A DNA stretch of 64,000 nucleotides from Eutreptiella sp. 'Long Island Sound 2002'. Taxonomy: Eukaryota > Protista > Euglenida. The stretch covers positions 140,368,001 to 140,432,000 of the forward strand of contig OZ038378.1 of the NCBI GenBank assembly GCA_964036045.1. Direction: 5' to 3'. The notes beneath the pieces were generated by a model. It was not told the origin of the DNA and did no database searches. It saw nothing but the letters and a program-made list of their open reading frames with translations. The position numbers were made by a program, and so were the translations under genes. This document shows positions 11,316 through 23,487 of the stretch, in pieces; within the stretch, counting starts at the first letter, position 1; the number at the start of each line of letters is the position of its first letter.

Positions 11316-12339
11316 GTTACTATGAGGGCATTAGGTTGCATGGCTGGGGCTGAGAGGACCGTTTTTTGTTCACAGTGACAGGCAAAGCAATGCTTTGCCA
11401 GGCCCAGACCCTTGGTGGCCTCCCCACCCAACCAACCCCAAAGTGGGGCCTTAGCAGGGTGGGGGAGAGGACTGGAAACCGGGGCAGGATATCGAGGCGG
11501 AGATCTCCACATGCGTGGCATTGGTCCTAGCCCGACCCCTTGACCCAAATGACCTGTTTGGTTCCCTGGCCCGTGAAAAAAGGGGGAGAGCACCAGGTTG
11601 CTAGAATCCAGTGGCAAGGTGCCTGAGTGTGTGTGTCAGGCCAGGCAGCATGGGGTGGGGTAATGTGGTAGGGGCGTTGGTGTGTGTGGTTGGGGAAGAT
11701 GAAGACAATCATAGGGGATCTGAGCCTTTCCGTTGAGCATTTCCTGTTTTCCCTATTTTCCACCCCATTTTGCCCGTTTTTGGGTGTTTTCCCAGTGTTT
11801 TTCAGTGTTTTTCATTGTTTATCATGGCAGTGGAGCCCATGCGCATTGTTGTCGATTCCCACAAGTAGCATTTTTCTCAATTATTTGAAAGTTGTTTACA
11901 CATTTGTCTTGCGTTCATCAGCAATCTCCACATGTTCATGAGGCCACCCCTTCAGTTTGGGGTTGCAATGCTTTAGGTTCATCAAGTGTTGGTTGTGGAA
12001 AGGGGTTGGCAGCGGTTGTTGAACGCTTCGCCACAAAGGGTTGAGTGAGAAGATGTTGTGGGTGCTCCATCAATAGGAACTATACTGTTAACAATATGTG
12101 CAGCATTGGTTAATGTTGTCATCAAGTGTTAGCAAAGGGACGAATGATTAGATGGGTTGATTCCACACCCCAAAAATGGGGGCACTCAATTTTGGCATTT
12201 TTCAAAATTGTGCTCGATGATGACGCTGCCGACGCTTGTGAAAAATACATAGGGTGTCCAATAGACTCAAAATGTGAGGTATGGAGTTGCACGCGACATG
12301 TAATTTGATTTTGGATCGCTTTGACACCGCGGCTCCTTG

Positions 12340-12830
12340 GAATGGATTTTTCAAGTGAGCACAAGAAATCCCCAAAATTGCCAAAAACAACCCTACCCAA
12401 GTAGGGACTCCGGACCCATGGATTTTCGTCGATGGGTGACCTAGGGTTTGAGAAATAGGTCACCCATGTGTCACAAAATCAGCACTAGTATCGATCCAAA
12501 ACGGTACGTGCAAGCGGGAGTATGATATCATGTCACATGACATGGAAAATGGCCAAGATTGACATATATACTATAAACACGCTTGTGCAGAACTACGAAT
12601 TTTTTATCGGAAGCGATCTAGACGTTATGGATGACCACACAAACAAGTCAAGTTTTTCCAAAAATAATCTTGGACCATTTTGAGCCCATTTTGAGCATTT
12701 TGTCCCTCTCAAGTCCGAAAGAGCCTTGAAAATGGGCCATTTTGGGACCACAAGTGCCTCAACAATGGGTCAAAACAAAACAAAAAGTTTATTTTTATCA
12801 CATTAGGGTCAGGCTAGAAGTAGTCATTTC
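12340..12830 (-). repeat. Diverged reverse-oriented relative of the 1,176-bp module family
   Basis: ccattttgagcccattttgagcattttg...aagtccgaaagagccttgaaaatgggcc is the reverse complement of module positions around 155-215. Confidence 0.6.
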
Positions 12831-13940
12831 CTCTTTGACGTGGCACAATGTGGTAGTAGGGGTTGGGTGTCTCTTGGGTTGCCCATTTTTGTTGATCAAT
12901 ATTCTGGTATTTGGTCTTCGCTTCACCGCGATCCCATTCATTACAACCAATGTTTGTCACCCTCCACATCTTTAGTATCCATGTTGCTTTGCACTTCACC
13001 ACAATCCAACTCTGAATTCCAAAGTCTCAAACTTTCAATGATAGTGCATTTCACTACCATGCAGGTAAAACTGCACTCAAACCGAAAAGCATGCGCCAAC
13101 TTTGTTGCGCTTTCGGCTATTGCATGCGTGCCCCACTTCCCCACCAGCTCGGTCCCAATTTTCGGTCTTGATGAGGGTCCAGGAGCAAGAAACACACAAC
13201 GTGTTACAACAATGTATAAAATGACCCCTTCAAGATAGCACAGGTGAATAAGCTATGGAGGCAAAAGGGAACTCAGTCACAAAACTGTCAAATTGCTCCT
13301 TGGAGACCATTGAAACCATGATATCAACGAATCCATTTTCCTCCTTAGAACGAAAGTTGCTCACATGGTACAATTCATAATACCATGCGCACCATTGCTT
13401 ACATGCCTCGCTCAAGTCGTGCCATGTGATGTTCGTATACATTGCCTCAAAATCAAATGGAGACATGTCATGTGTATGCGGTGTATGTGAATCATACACA
13501 TTAGAGGAGAGGATGGAGGCGCATGGTGCACGGGGGGAGTTGTGTAGGAGGGGACGGAGACTACAGGAAGACGTGAGAGTAGGAGCACCAAAATATACCA
13601 GCCACTTGGCCCCAGAGATTGGGGGAGACAGACGGAGTCTACCACTTGTAAACTTGTAAACGCCCCTTGTAAGCCATAGCCTCCCTACAACCCCCACCAC
13701 CCCCACACCATTAACAAGATCACCGTGCATGACACGATCCCTTACCATTGCCATATATTGTGGTCCATGTCTGTCTCCGTTCCCTAGATTAAGTTGCCAC
13801 GTTGGCCGGATCATTGGTACACTGCACGGGATTCGGGTAGGCATGCTTAGTGGCACACTCGGCAAGGCAACTACCCATAATGCTACGCGAGCCGGGCGTT
13901 GGGCCACCAAAGGGTAATGATAAATTGGAGGGGGCACCTA
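12830..13940 (-). pseudogene. Possible Penelope-like (PLE) reverse transcriptase remnant
   Basis: FDFEAMYTNI resembles PLE RT motif A (D..SLYT.I), and RPKIG...GTHAIAESATKLA resembles motif B (RQ..G.PMG..A..A.L). No YxDD motif found. Confidence 0.45.
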
Positions 13941-14316
13941 GTAGGGTGCTTGCCGGCAGTGCACGGACAAAGTGGCACTGACCAGCCCAGCTAAGTGCCT
14001 AGACAATTCGACCGGTCTATGGGTCGGCAGAGTGCTTGGCATCACGCCCTAGTTTTTGTCCTCTAGGTCCCAACCAAGGTGCCTAGACAAAATTGGCTGG
14101 CAAAGTCTTGCATGTCGCGAGGCATCTAGAGCTGATTGTTGGCCCGTCAGTCCTAGTGAGGTGCTGGGACAAATCGGCTAGGGTTGGACCCGGCAAATGG
14201 CCTGACATATCACTCGAAGGGTGAGGGCGCACTAGTCAATGTCCTCCCTCATGCGTAGATGTTTATTTGATTGCCGAGAGGATGGATGCAGGGTGGTCAT
14301 CCAGGACAGGACAAAT

Positions 14317-14363
14317 CACGGGGGGGCGGCCAGGCCCGGTCCTTGTATGTGACACCCCCCAGC
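14317..14363 (+). mobile_element. Left TIR of the CACGGGGGGGCG hAT-like family
   Basis: cacggggggggcggccaggcccggtccttgtatgtgacaccccccagc matches 18999-19045; preceded by ggacaaat. Confidence 0.85.
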
Positions 14364-14982
14364 CCCCCCCCCCCCCCTCGCCCCAGCCGGCAAACGGCGG
14401 GTTGCTCTTTTCGGCCATGCCGGTAATGCATGGTGTCTTTATCCGACACTGATTGCTGATGTCTGACTGACAGCTACTGACTGTGATTGTCTGACTAATG
14501 ACTAATGTAGTCAGACATGATGTTCTGTTTTCTGTTTCAGACACAGTGTGTGTCTTGAGGTTCAACCAGGTTTGGCATAGAGAATAAAGATGCACTTATG
14601 CCTGACTGTGGAGTGCATTACCTCTGGTTTGCATTTGTCCCCCGGGTTTTGAGAGATAGTGGTGTTGGGGCCATGGCACCAATGGCGCTGAAGTTTTTTT
14701 GTGCATGCTTCCCTTTCATCGAACCATCCATGTTTTGAGCGCCAGATTAGCAAGACGAGGCGCTCAACAAATGTCGTTTGTTGCAAAGTGAAAGATCACC
14801 ACAACCACTGTGGACACACCTGCCCATCTACAGCCCCTGCTTCACAACATCCACCAGCAGCTTCCCCAAACCCGCCCCAGACACACATCCCTCCTGGAGA
14901 TGTGCATGTGGTAGTAGTGGGTCGCGCCCCTCACCTTGGGAACCCCCCCCCCCCCGCCCCACGGCCAACCCCGCATTTGTCC

Positions 14983-15047
14983 CACGGGGGGGGGGGGGGC
15001 GACTACAACCGGTCCTGATGCGACACCCCCCAGCTATCTGTGAAACC
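14983..15047 (-). mobile_element. Right TIR of the same family, inverted
   Basis: cac(g)ncgactacaaccggtcctgatgcgacaccccccagctatctgtgaaac is the reverse complement of the right termini at 2510-2568 and 19695-19755; preceded by atttgtcc. Confidence 0.85.
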
Positions 15048-15634
15048 TGGGGGGGGCGCACAATGCCTTTCTCCTCATCGTGCCTCATCGGTTGGGTCAA
15101 AATTGCTGCCCTTGACCAAGTGGGGGGATCTTGCCCAGGAGCCACATAGGATGCAAGCTTTTGGTGGCAGTGGGAGGAGGAAGGGGGGGGGGGGGGGGCA
15201 GTAGCCCGCTGTGTGTAGCTGCACCCCATGGTTCCACTGTCCTGACAGGTGCCCCATGTTGCCCAGGGCGGTGCGCGTGCCAACGAGGGCATGGAAGTGT
15301 GCCCCGTTGCGCAATTCAACATGCACAATTAGCCCCGGGCGCTCTTGCATGGTGTTGCACAAGTTGTCAATCGTACTGACCGGGCGGTGCAGCAGCATGT
15401 GTGCATCCCCCCCGTGTTCCGCCATTGTGTGCACTGCTGTAAGGGTTCCACATTCCTCCACGGCCTTGTTTGCTCTTGATGGCCAGGTACAGTTCTGGGA
15501 CTTCTGGTGCGTTGCAGCCCCCGCACCACATTCTCCACTGCCATCAGAGTGCATCACAGGCCAACACCAATGCCAAGGGAGGAGTGCCAAAAGCATGTGG
15601 CAGCCCTCTTGTTCCTCATGCGATTCTGCTGCAG

Positions 15635-15808
15635 GTCCGTCTGCGAGTGCCTGGGCACCCTCCTCGCAATGCCAGCCCTACATCCGCAGCATGAGAAGCT
15701 CACGAATCAATGCCTCAAGAAGTTGATCCAGCCCTCTGCTCAGCAGAGCACGTTTGCACAGAAGAAGGGGGCAGCATTTGGACTTGCCGGCATCGTCAAG
15801 GCGGCCAG
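15635..15808 (+). CDS. GCN1: GCN1 exon 3 in window
   Basis: ctgcag acceptor, GT donor, phase 2 to phase 2. SVCECLGTLL...FAQKKGAAFGLAGIVKAA matches the conserved GAA(Y/F)GLAG.VKG motif. Confidence 0.92.
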
Positions 15809-17583
15809 GTCTCTTTGAGGATTGGTGTCTTGAGGGAAGGGGTTTCCTGAGGGGGCGGAATTCCCCAGTTTACAGGTTGGTGATGAACCGCTGGCAGTTA
15901 CCTGTGGACAGCTGGTGACTGGCCGGCCAACCGGCACCAGGTATGGGCAGTAGACGGCTGTTGGTGGATACGGTAGGCCCATTGGCACTATTTGCCATTA
16001 GGGCCATTAGGGTGCACATATGGAAGGAGATATATCAGTGTGATGGACCCATGTTTTGGGACAAGAAGGTAATGTACAATCCTTTTTTGCAGAGAACCAA
16101 CTGGAAGCACAATCCCTATGCACACTTCAAATGCTGCCACTGAGCACAGTCATGCTCCAAAACTGAATGCCTGGGAATGGTCAAGCAGGATGATTGCGTT
16201 TTAAACCTTGGGTTGGTTAGTGCCTGCTTGGGTGACCACGGGGGGCTTACATGTCAGGCCGGACCCCCAACCCCCCCTGGTATCCCCAACCCATACCAAA
16301 TAGCCGCAGTAGCAAATGGCCAATTTGTTGGCGCCCGGAAATGTTTTGTGGTCTTTGGGTAAAGGGTCCAAACAATGGTTTCACCTAATGTGTCCATACC
16401 CAAAATGCTCACATTTCAATGGTGAGTTCAAATATCTCTCTTACCCCAACTATGGAGTCCCCTTGGCCTTGGGTTATGGAGCCCTATAGATTTCTCGCCA
16501 CTATGTGGACCCGTTGGCTTGGTGTTATGGAAGGATGGAATGGCAGTGGAACGATTGCATGCAAACAATGGGATGGAGACAGTGCACAAGGTTGCAGTTG
16601 CTGATGTTGCCATGTGTCTTACACGTGCCTTTGCTGGTTCGGTTGTGCGTCTGCAGGAATCCCCTACTATTTTTCGTGTGTGGTGAATGGCAAAAGGAGA
16701 TTTTACCCCAGTTGTGTACATTCAAAATGTTCAGAATGAAACAGGGAATTCAAAAATGCCCCCAAAACCCGAACCCCCCGGACCCCCCTGGCCACACCGC
16801 AGCGGTTGTTGGGGTCCGCAACTGAACTGGACCCCCCCCCCCCCCATGTGGTTGATCCCCCCATCCCTACTCCTGGAAGACCGACAGGTGATGATTGGGC
16901 ACTGACTAACAGAACACAAGTTGTTCACCTTGTTTTTGGTGTGGCAGTGTGAGCAACGAGTGGGGTTGCAGGAAAATGTCCCTATGTAGTGCTCACTCTT
17001 GTGGGCCCCCACTTCCTATGCTTCAGCAACTCAGCTACTCGCAGAATCGGTCAGTACTGTGTAAAACAGCGTTCACAGCTTGAACATTGTGTGGTGCTGA
17101 ACAACATTCGAACACATTTCCTGATGGGTCGTGGATGGTTGCTATTATTCCGTAATGGCTTCCGGATGGTTGCTGCTGATACTGTGTACTGGGGCAGGCT
17201 GGAATATTGCATTTGGGAAAAACAAAAAAAAGCGCGTACAGGCAAACAACTTGTCCCCCAACATGCCCACGATCATGGTCATCAATGGACTCTGACATTG
17301 GACGATTCAGCCCCCTTGGAACCTTGTAATCACCACGACACCTAAAAAAAATGGCTTCGGTCCTTACATACCATGGAGAAATTTGGTACAATTTTGTTGT
17401 GCCAAAATTTGCCATTCCAAATTTCGCCTATTCCAAATTCTGCCCTGTCCGGTAGTATTCCACAAAACGTTAATATTGGCATAGCACATGTGGCCAGGTG
17501 TTCCGTGTGGCGCTGGCCAACGATGTTGTGATGCGTGCGTCGCATCTTTGCTTTGCGCCCTAGCCTTTGCTGTTGCGTTACAG

Positions 17584-17695
17584 GCTGCCTCTGATCAAGA
17601 AAATGGGAATCATGCAGTCAGTTCGTGACACATCCACCGCGAAACAGTTCGCAGTCCGCGAAGGCGGTCTCATTGCCCTCGAGATTATGTGTGAG
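17584..17695 (+). CDS. GCN1: GCN1 exon 4 in window
   Basis: ttacag acceptor, gag|gtacgc donor. LPLIKKMGIMQSVRDTSTAKQFAVREGGLIALEIMCE matches RREGALFAFEMLC; phase is consistent with neighbouring exons. Confidence 0.9.
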
Positions 17696-17759
17696 GTACG
17701 CTTCTTGGCACAATTCACAGGCGTGTGATGAACACATCGATCCACGCAGGACTGCCAGT

Positions 17760-18200
17760 ACTCGCCATCACAAATACAGTTACCAATAGTCAGTGGTGAC
17801 CACCAACAGTCGCCAATAGCCACCAATAGCCTACCACGGCCGTCAATAATACCCAATATTTGTGGGGAATCAGCCCCCAACAATCATCACCGCCAACCAC
17901 CAATGACCTTACGACTTTGTACGAGCCCCTACTGACATGGATGGAGTTCCTAACGACCCCAGTTCTAACGACTTTGAACAGGTGATGACACAAGCACCAA
18001 AGGCCACCAATACCACGAACAAAGACCAAGAACCATCATAAATGACTAATGACCACCAATAATCACAATTCTTGACGACGCCTTCCAATAGTTATAAATA
18101 ACCACCAACAATACACCCAAACTCACCAATCATCAGCGCGATGACCACTAATCACCGGTAGTGACAGGTAATTGTCCATAAGCACAAATAAGCACAGATT
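17760..18200. repeat. ACC/ACCAAT-rich low-complexity repeat; a related tract lies at about 20420-20660
   Basis: Recurrent gaccaccaa / ccaccaat / tcaccaatga units. Confidence 0.6.
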
Positions 18201-18639
18201 TCAAAAAGTATACACATACCTTCCCCCAGCGGGACGAAACTTTGGCGCATTGGACCAAAAGTTCATAAAACCCAGGAAAAATGCCAAAACCCACCGTGTT
18301 GGTGCACTATGAATGATCCCAAGAGATATACCAAAGAAATCAGCAGCAATCACCCATAACCGATCGCCAAAGATCTCCAGAGATCACGAAGAAACACCAA
18401 CCCACCCACCGATAACCATGAGAAAAGGCCGTTTCAGAAATGTATGGGTGGGGGGGGGGGTTTAGATGATCACATTTTTGAGCAAATGGAGCTGCAAAGT
18501 GGATGATGCGCAAGACAAGGCAATGCTCGAGGGACCATAGATTATTCTGAATCTGAATCGTCGTCATTGTTGCCCCTTTCCACACGGGCAGGGACCCCAT
18601 TGGGGCACACATCCCCCTGCTTGTGAATTGGAACATATT

Positions 18640-20200
18640 TTTTCAGTTTTTCCCAATCCTGCAGCCTGCGTGCCTTGACTGCACCCACCCCGTGTTGAGA
18701 GGCATGGCCCACAGACCGTCAGTTGTCAGCTCCACGTTGCGGTTGTCGGCCTGTGGGAGACCTTGCAGAAATTTCTCAAACCTCAATTTGATTGCTGAAG
18801 CACGTCGGGTGTTCACCTTGGCCTTCCTCTGGGGACTTTTCATAGGGCTGAGGGGGGGCTGGCAACAGCCGCATTTCCCTTGTCCTTGGCCACAGTTTCG
18901 ATAACTCTGCATGAAATCTTGAAATAATACAAAACCTGCGTTTTGCAGATTTGTCGACGTGCTCCACGGTACGGGACAAATACGTTGTCTGATGACCCCA
19001 CGGGGGGGCGGCCGGGCCCGGTCCTTGTATGCGACACCCCCCAGCCCCCCCCCCCCCCCCCCCCCGGGTTTTGGAAGATAGTGGTGCCGGGTCGGCCACC
19101 AGCAAGTGTCCCTAGAGAAAACTGTCCGGCGCCAAAGGCGCCATTTTTTTTTTTCATACTATGTGTTTATACTCAAAATGCTCAAAATTTTGTAGAGAAT
19201 TCATATTTGGGCTATAGGAGGGCTGCAGGCCCTAATAGCAACCCTAACCCTAATCAAGACTGAATATTGGGACCGAGCTGGTGGGGGAGGGAACATCAGC
19301 TATGACTAGTGAGGGACATCAAGAATGATTTACACATTGATGGCTCTTGACAAAGTGAAATCAGCCTGCAAGTGAACCCCATCACCACAAGGCCCACTTT
19401 GAAGGCTTTTTGGAAATCTAAGGGGCCAAAATGCCCCAAAATGGGCTCAAAATGGGCTCATTTCACCCGTTTGTGCACCCCAAATGGTCTAGGATGAGGT
19501 TTGGAAAAATGCGTTTTTGACCCATTTTTGACCCATATTTGGTCACAACACAGCCCACTGTCAAGGCATTTTGGGATTTTCGGAGGACCAAACTGGGCCG
19601 CCACAAGCTCAAAACGGTCCAAAAACACTTGTTTTAGCGTTGCACATGCCCCCCCCCCCAACTCTGCCCCCCCCCCCCCCCCCCCCCCCCCCCGAGTTTT
19701 GACAGATAGCTGGGGGCCATGTCGCATCAGGACCGGTTGTAGTCGCCCCCCCGTGGATGACCCCTCTTTCTAGTGTATTTGTGCCACTGTGCATGCTTGA
19801 CATTTTTCTCCAAATCAACGTCAATGCACGTGGCCAGAAACTCCTGCTGTGAAGCCTTCGTGGGGTGCACTTTACGATCCCAAAATTGACTGGCAAAAGA
19901 ATCGGCCTCTGCGGTGGTCAAAATCTGGTGGCCTCTGTGGGTGCATGCAGGCTGCTGTGAACCGGCTGTACGAGGCTTTTTGGCCTTTCTGCCAGGCTCA
20001 TTGTGGCTCACCTGCACCCAATTTACACCACCAGAGCGCGCTCTTTTGCGCACCAAAGGTTTCTGTGGTGCATCAGGGGAAGCAACAGCCCGTGGAGTGA
20101 ATTTGTATGCGGACATGGTAGCTGCCTGTTGACAAAAAGAGGCAGCAAGGAACACAGGCCCGTCCGAAATGGACGAAAATCTCGAACATGTCGTCAGTAC
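18640..20200 (-). pseudogene. Decayed ORF of an older element, split by the 18999-19755 MITE
   Basis: Removing the MITE and one TSD copy joins ...AQWHKYTRKRGH to QTTYLSRTVEHVDKSAKRRFCIISRF... in frame. Family not recognised. Confidence 0.55.
18999..19755 (+). mobile_element. 757-bp hAT-like MITE with an 8-bp TSD
   Basis: Imperfect TIRs of about 47 bp starting CACGGGGGGGCG; TSD gatgaccc at 18991-18998 and 19756-19763; contains a 5' fragment (about 19232-19646) of the CCCTAA module. Confidence 0.93.
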
Positions 20201-20799
20201 AGCATGCAGACCCAGGGTGTTCCAAATAGCCCTTTTCAAGGGCTTTCCGAATCTACCCCACATACCCCCCCCCTATGGGACACTCAGTGGGCACAAATAA
20301 CGCAACAATGACGGGGAGCACTAAAAACCCACTGAGTTGGCGCAATCCCCAACGACCCCGAGAGAATGTGTTGGCAGTTATTTGTCCCAATGCGGTATCA
20401 TACTGCAGACTAGTGACTGCCAACCACCAACAAACCAACAATGATCACCAATTACATTGATGAACCACAATTAGCACCCACAAACACTTTTCACCACAAA
20501 TGGTCACCCATGCTAACCTGTATTACCAGTGATCACCAATGATCACCAATGATAAAATATGCTCACCAATGACCACAAACAGTCACCAGTAGTTGCTCGC
20601 CCACAACCACCAACAGGCACCAACAATCAGTGATGATCACCACAAACCACCAATACGTATTTGACATAAAAGCTATTATGACTGGTTGCATGGTGATTTA
20701 GGCCACATATAATACGTGATGCACACAAAGCCGCTGAGCACTCAGAGACACAAGAGGATTGCAAAACCAGGGTCTCATCAAGTCTCCGTTGCTGTGCAG

Positions 20800-20932
20800 G
20801 TGCTGGGCCCACTGTTCGAGCCATATTTTGTACCCATCATTGATATCGTGTTGGCCGGTTTCGGCGACCAGAACAATGACGTCAAGATGGCCGCCAGCGA
20901 TGCCTCGAAAGCCCTTATGAAGTCCATGTCAG
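20800..20932 (+). CDS. GCN1: GCN1 exon 5 in window
   Basis: gtgcag acceptor, GT donor. VLGPLFEPYFVPIIDIVLAGFGDQNNDVKMAASDASKALMKSMS matches LGKLFEPYVV...CFGDGNQYVREAADDCAKAVMS. Confidence 0.95.
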
Positions 20933-21760
20933 GTCCGTCCCCTGACGTGGGCGTGAGAACCCGCTGAACCCAGGGACTGATAAGAATCCGGCATGCTGAC
21001 TGTGTAGAGGGCATTCCAGATCCAATAGCCTCTGGTCAATTCCCCCCCCCCCCCGCCCTCACGACCTTGCTATAGTGAAATTGTTGGCTTGGTGTTCTGA
21101 AGTCTCCTCAGTTTTTCTGAACTGCACTCAATTTGACTGTTTTTGCTGTTTTATCAGTGGTACTGTATATTCGACATTGAATCTGGGTCTAATGAACCCC
21201 CCCCCACTTCACAGAAATGATTGGGGGCCAGATATGGGTACCAAAGGTGATGGGGACCACGGGCAACAGAGGTGAACAAACAAAACAACCAGACTTCTTC
21301 CTTGTGTGGATGATGGTCAGCAGTGGAAGGGGCAACAGCCACATGGGTAAAGTGCCCTCCACCACCTCAGGTTCCTGACCATCCTCATGGGGGCCTGTGG
21401 CAGAGCCTGACCATCTCCATGGGGGCCTGCTGGGTTTGGAGGAAGGACGTAGCTACATAACCCGTGGCGTATTTTCGACCCCAAAGCGGGAATGAAGGAA
21501 GTGCCTACGGAATCCTTGCTGCATCGGGAACCCCAATGATGGGAGGAAAGAAGTGAAGTAGACCCTGGCCATCCCTGTGGAGGGCTGTAGTGACCATCCC
21601 CAGCAGAGCCTGACCCTCCCCATGTGGGGCCACACCAACGCTTGAGAGCATGCCCCTCATTTGTGATGGCCAGTCCCTCGCCCTGTGCCTGAGCTCAAAG
21701 CTGCCCCGCCCCCTGCTGCCTGCTTACTGCCTCGTCTTGGCGCTGTATCTTGTGCCACAG

Positions 21761-21945
21761 ACCACGGGGTGCGCCAAGTCCTTCCCATTCTCCTGGAATT
21801 TCTGGATGACAGCAACTGGCGCACCAAGTGCACTGCCATCGAATTACTGGGGTCTATGGCGTACTGCTCAGCAAAGCAACTGGCGGCCTGTCTGCCATCT
21901 ATCATCCCCAAACTTATCAGTTGTTTGGCAGATTCGCATGCGAAG
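21761..21945 (+). CDS. GCN1: GCN1 exon 6 in window
   Basis: Encodes [61 protein letters not shown], a highly conserved GCN1 segment. AG/GT borders. Confidence 0.96.
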
Positions 21946-22488
21946 GTGTGTGTTCGGTTGTAGCCTGGCCGCAGGGCTTTTGAGGGAGAGGAGGGCACGA
22001 CTAGGGGGAGGGCGACCGCTAACCCCTTCAAGTGCAAGCCTGCTGGGCACCTACGTGGCCAGCAGAGGCAGTGTGGGGCAGTGTAGTATGGCGGCGGGGG
22101 CACAATGTTGCAGCACATTGGTGGCTTGTCTCTGGTCCGGCATTGAAGTTCCATTGGTGGGCACAGAGATACACACATATGCTACAGCCTGTTGTGTATT
22201 TTGATGCTCGATGTGTTCAGCGTCTCACACAGTTTGTGGTCTGCAGTGTGTTTCAGCTGCTGGGAGATGGTGATGCACATTAGGCATCAAAGGGAACAGA
22301 GGCAGCGCGAAAGCAGAAGTGAAACTGTGTCCTAACATTTGGCATCGCCGCTTTCTGATTGCAAACACACCTTTGATGGCATCATATCGTGGTCCCTGTG
22401 CCATCAGCCCATGTGCCCTTCGCACTGCGTGCCCTGCGTGCTTTGCGCACTTCCCGCCGCCCCAGGTGCCGGCGCTGCGCTGTTGCAG

Positions 22489-22731
22489 GTATCCGCCACC
22501 GCTTTCGCTTCCCTCCGGCGTGTGGGGGGCGTCGTCCAGAATCAGGAGATCGCCCACCACGTGGAGGTGCTGCTGAAGGCTTTGGAGAATCCCTCTGCCG
22601 AGACCGACAATGCCTTGGAGGCCCTGCTGTTCACCCGCTTCTGCACATCTGTGGATGCCCCGGCCTTGGCCTTGATTTACCCTATTCTCTACCGCGGGCT
22701 GCGGGAGCGCGTGACGTCCACCAAAATGAAG
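22489..22731 (+). CDS. GCN1: GCN1 exon 7 in window
   Basis: Encodes VSATAFASLRRVGGVVQNQEIAHHVEVLLKALENPS...FCTSVDAPALALIYPILYRGLRERVTSTKMK. AG/GT borders, phase 0. Confidence 0.96.
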
Positions 22732-22814
22732 GTCCTGCCCGATGCGATGGGACTGTATGTGTTGCGGATATTTGAGATTTCCGCGTCCAACCTATCTGCG
22801 CTTTACCAGGACGC

Positions 22815-23170
22815 AACCGCATCTGATGCCTGCCTTAGTAGGACCGAGTCACATCTGAATGCCTCATTAGGGCTGAGTGACATGTGATGTGTGCCTCGAC
22901 TGATGAATGACTCGTTAGGGCTGAGCGACATGTGATGTGTGCCTCAGCAGGCCCGTGCCACATCTGACACGTGGCTCAATGGAACCGCATCTGATGCCTG
23001 CCTCAGTAGGACCGAGTCACATCTGAATGCCTCATTAGGGCTGAGTGACATGTGATGCGTGCCTCGACTGATGAATGACTCGTTAGGGCTGAGCGACATG
23101 TGATGTGTGCCTCAGCAGGCCCGTGCCACATCTGACACGTGGCTCAATGGAACTGCATCTGATGGCTGAC
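22815..23170 (+). repeat. 168-bp tandem repeat (2 copies plus a partial third) with internal subrepeats, intron 7
   Basis: aaccgcatctgatgcctgcc at 22815 and 22983, aactgcatctgatgg at 23151; each unit contains ttagggctgag(t/c)gacatgtgatg twice. Confidence 0.92.
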
Positions 23171-23487
23171 TCGCTGGAGCTGAGCCGCCTCAGGGCACAG
23201 CATGTCTGAGGGGTGAACAGCAGGGCTTAGCTACATCTGATGACCTGAGGATGATCCCCCCAGGGTCTGATTTGTCAGTCTGTGCACCCAATCACGGACT
23301 CGGTAGGATACAGCTGCATGTGATTTGTGACTCAGCAGAGACGAGACACAGCTGACGTATGGTTGGTGACGTCTGTGCAGGGTTGCCATGTCAACCTCCA
23401 TCACCTCCATCGGTGCCAACCCAGACCCATATCTCATCGCCGACTCCGCAGGATTCAGACCTGCCCTCTCGCATGTGTCTGCCTCAG

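Noticed and set aside
2510-14375. One giant 12-kb transposon bounded by the TIRs at 2525 and 14317
   Set aside because: The TSD at 18999-19755 shows that the CAC/GTG side is the outer end, so these two TIRs face away from each other. Such an element would also enclose two host exons.
22815-23170. CRISPR-like array (also considered for 6264-6356, 60798-60891 and the 20-bp palindromes)
   Set aside because: There are no unique spacers of regular length between repeats, no cas genes, and the context is a eukaryotic intron.
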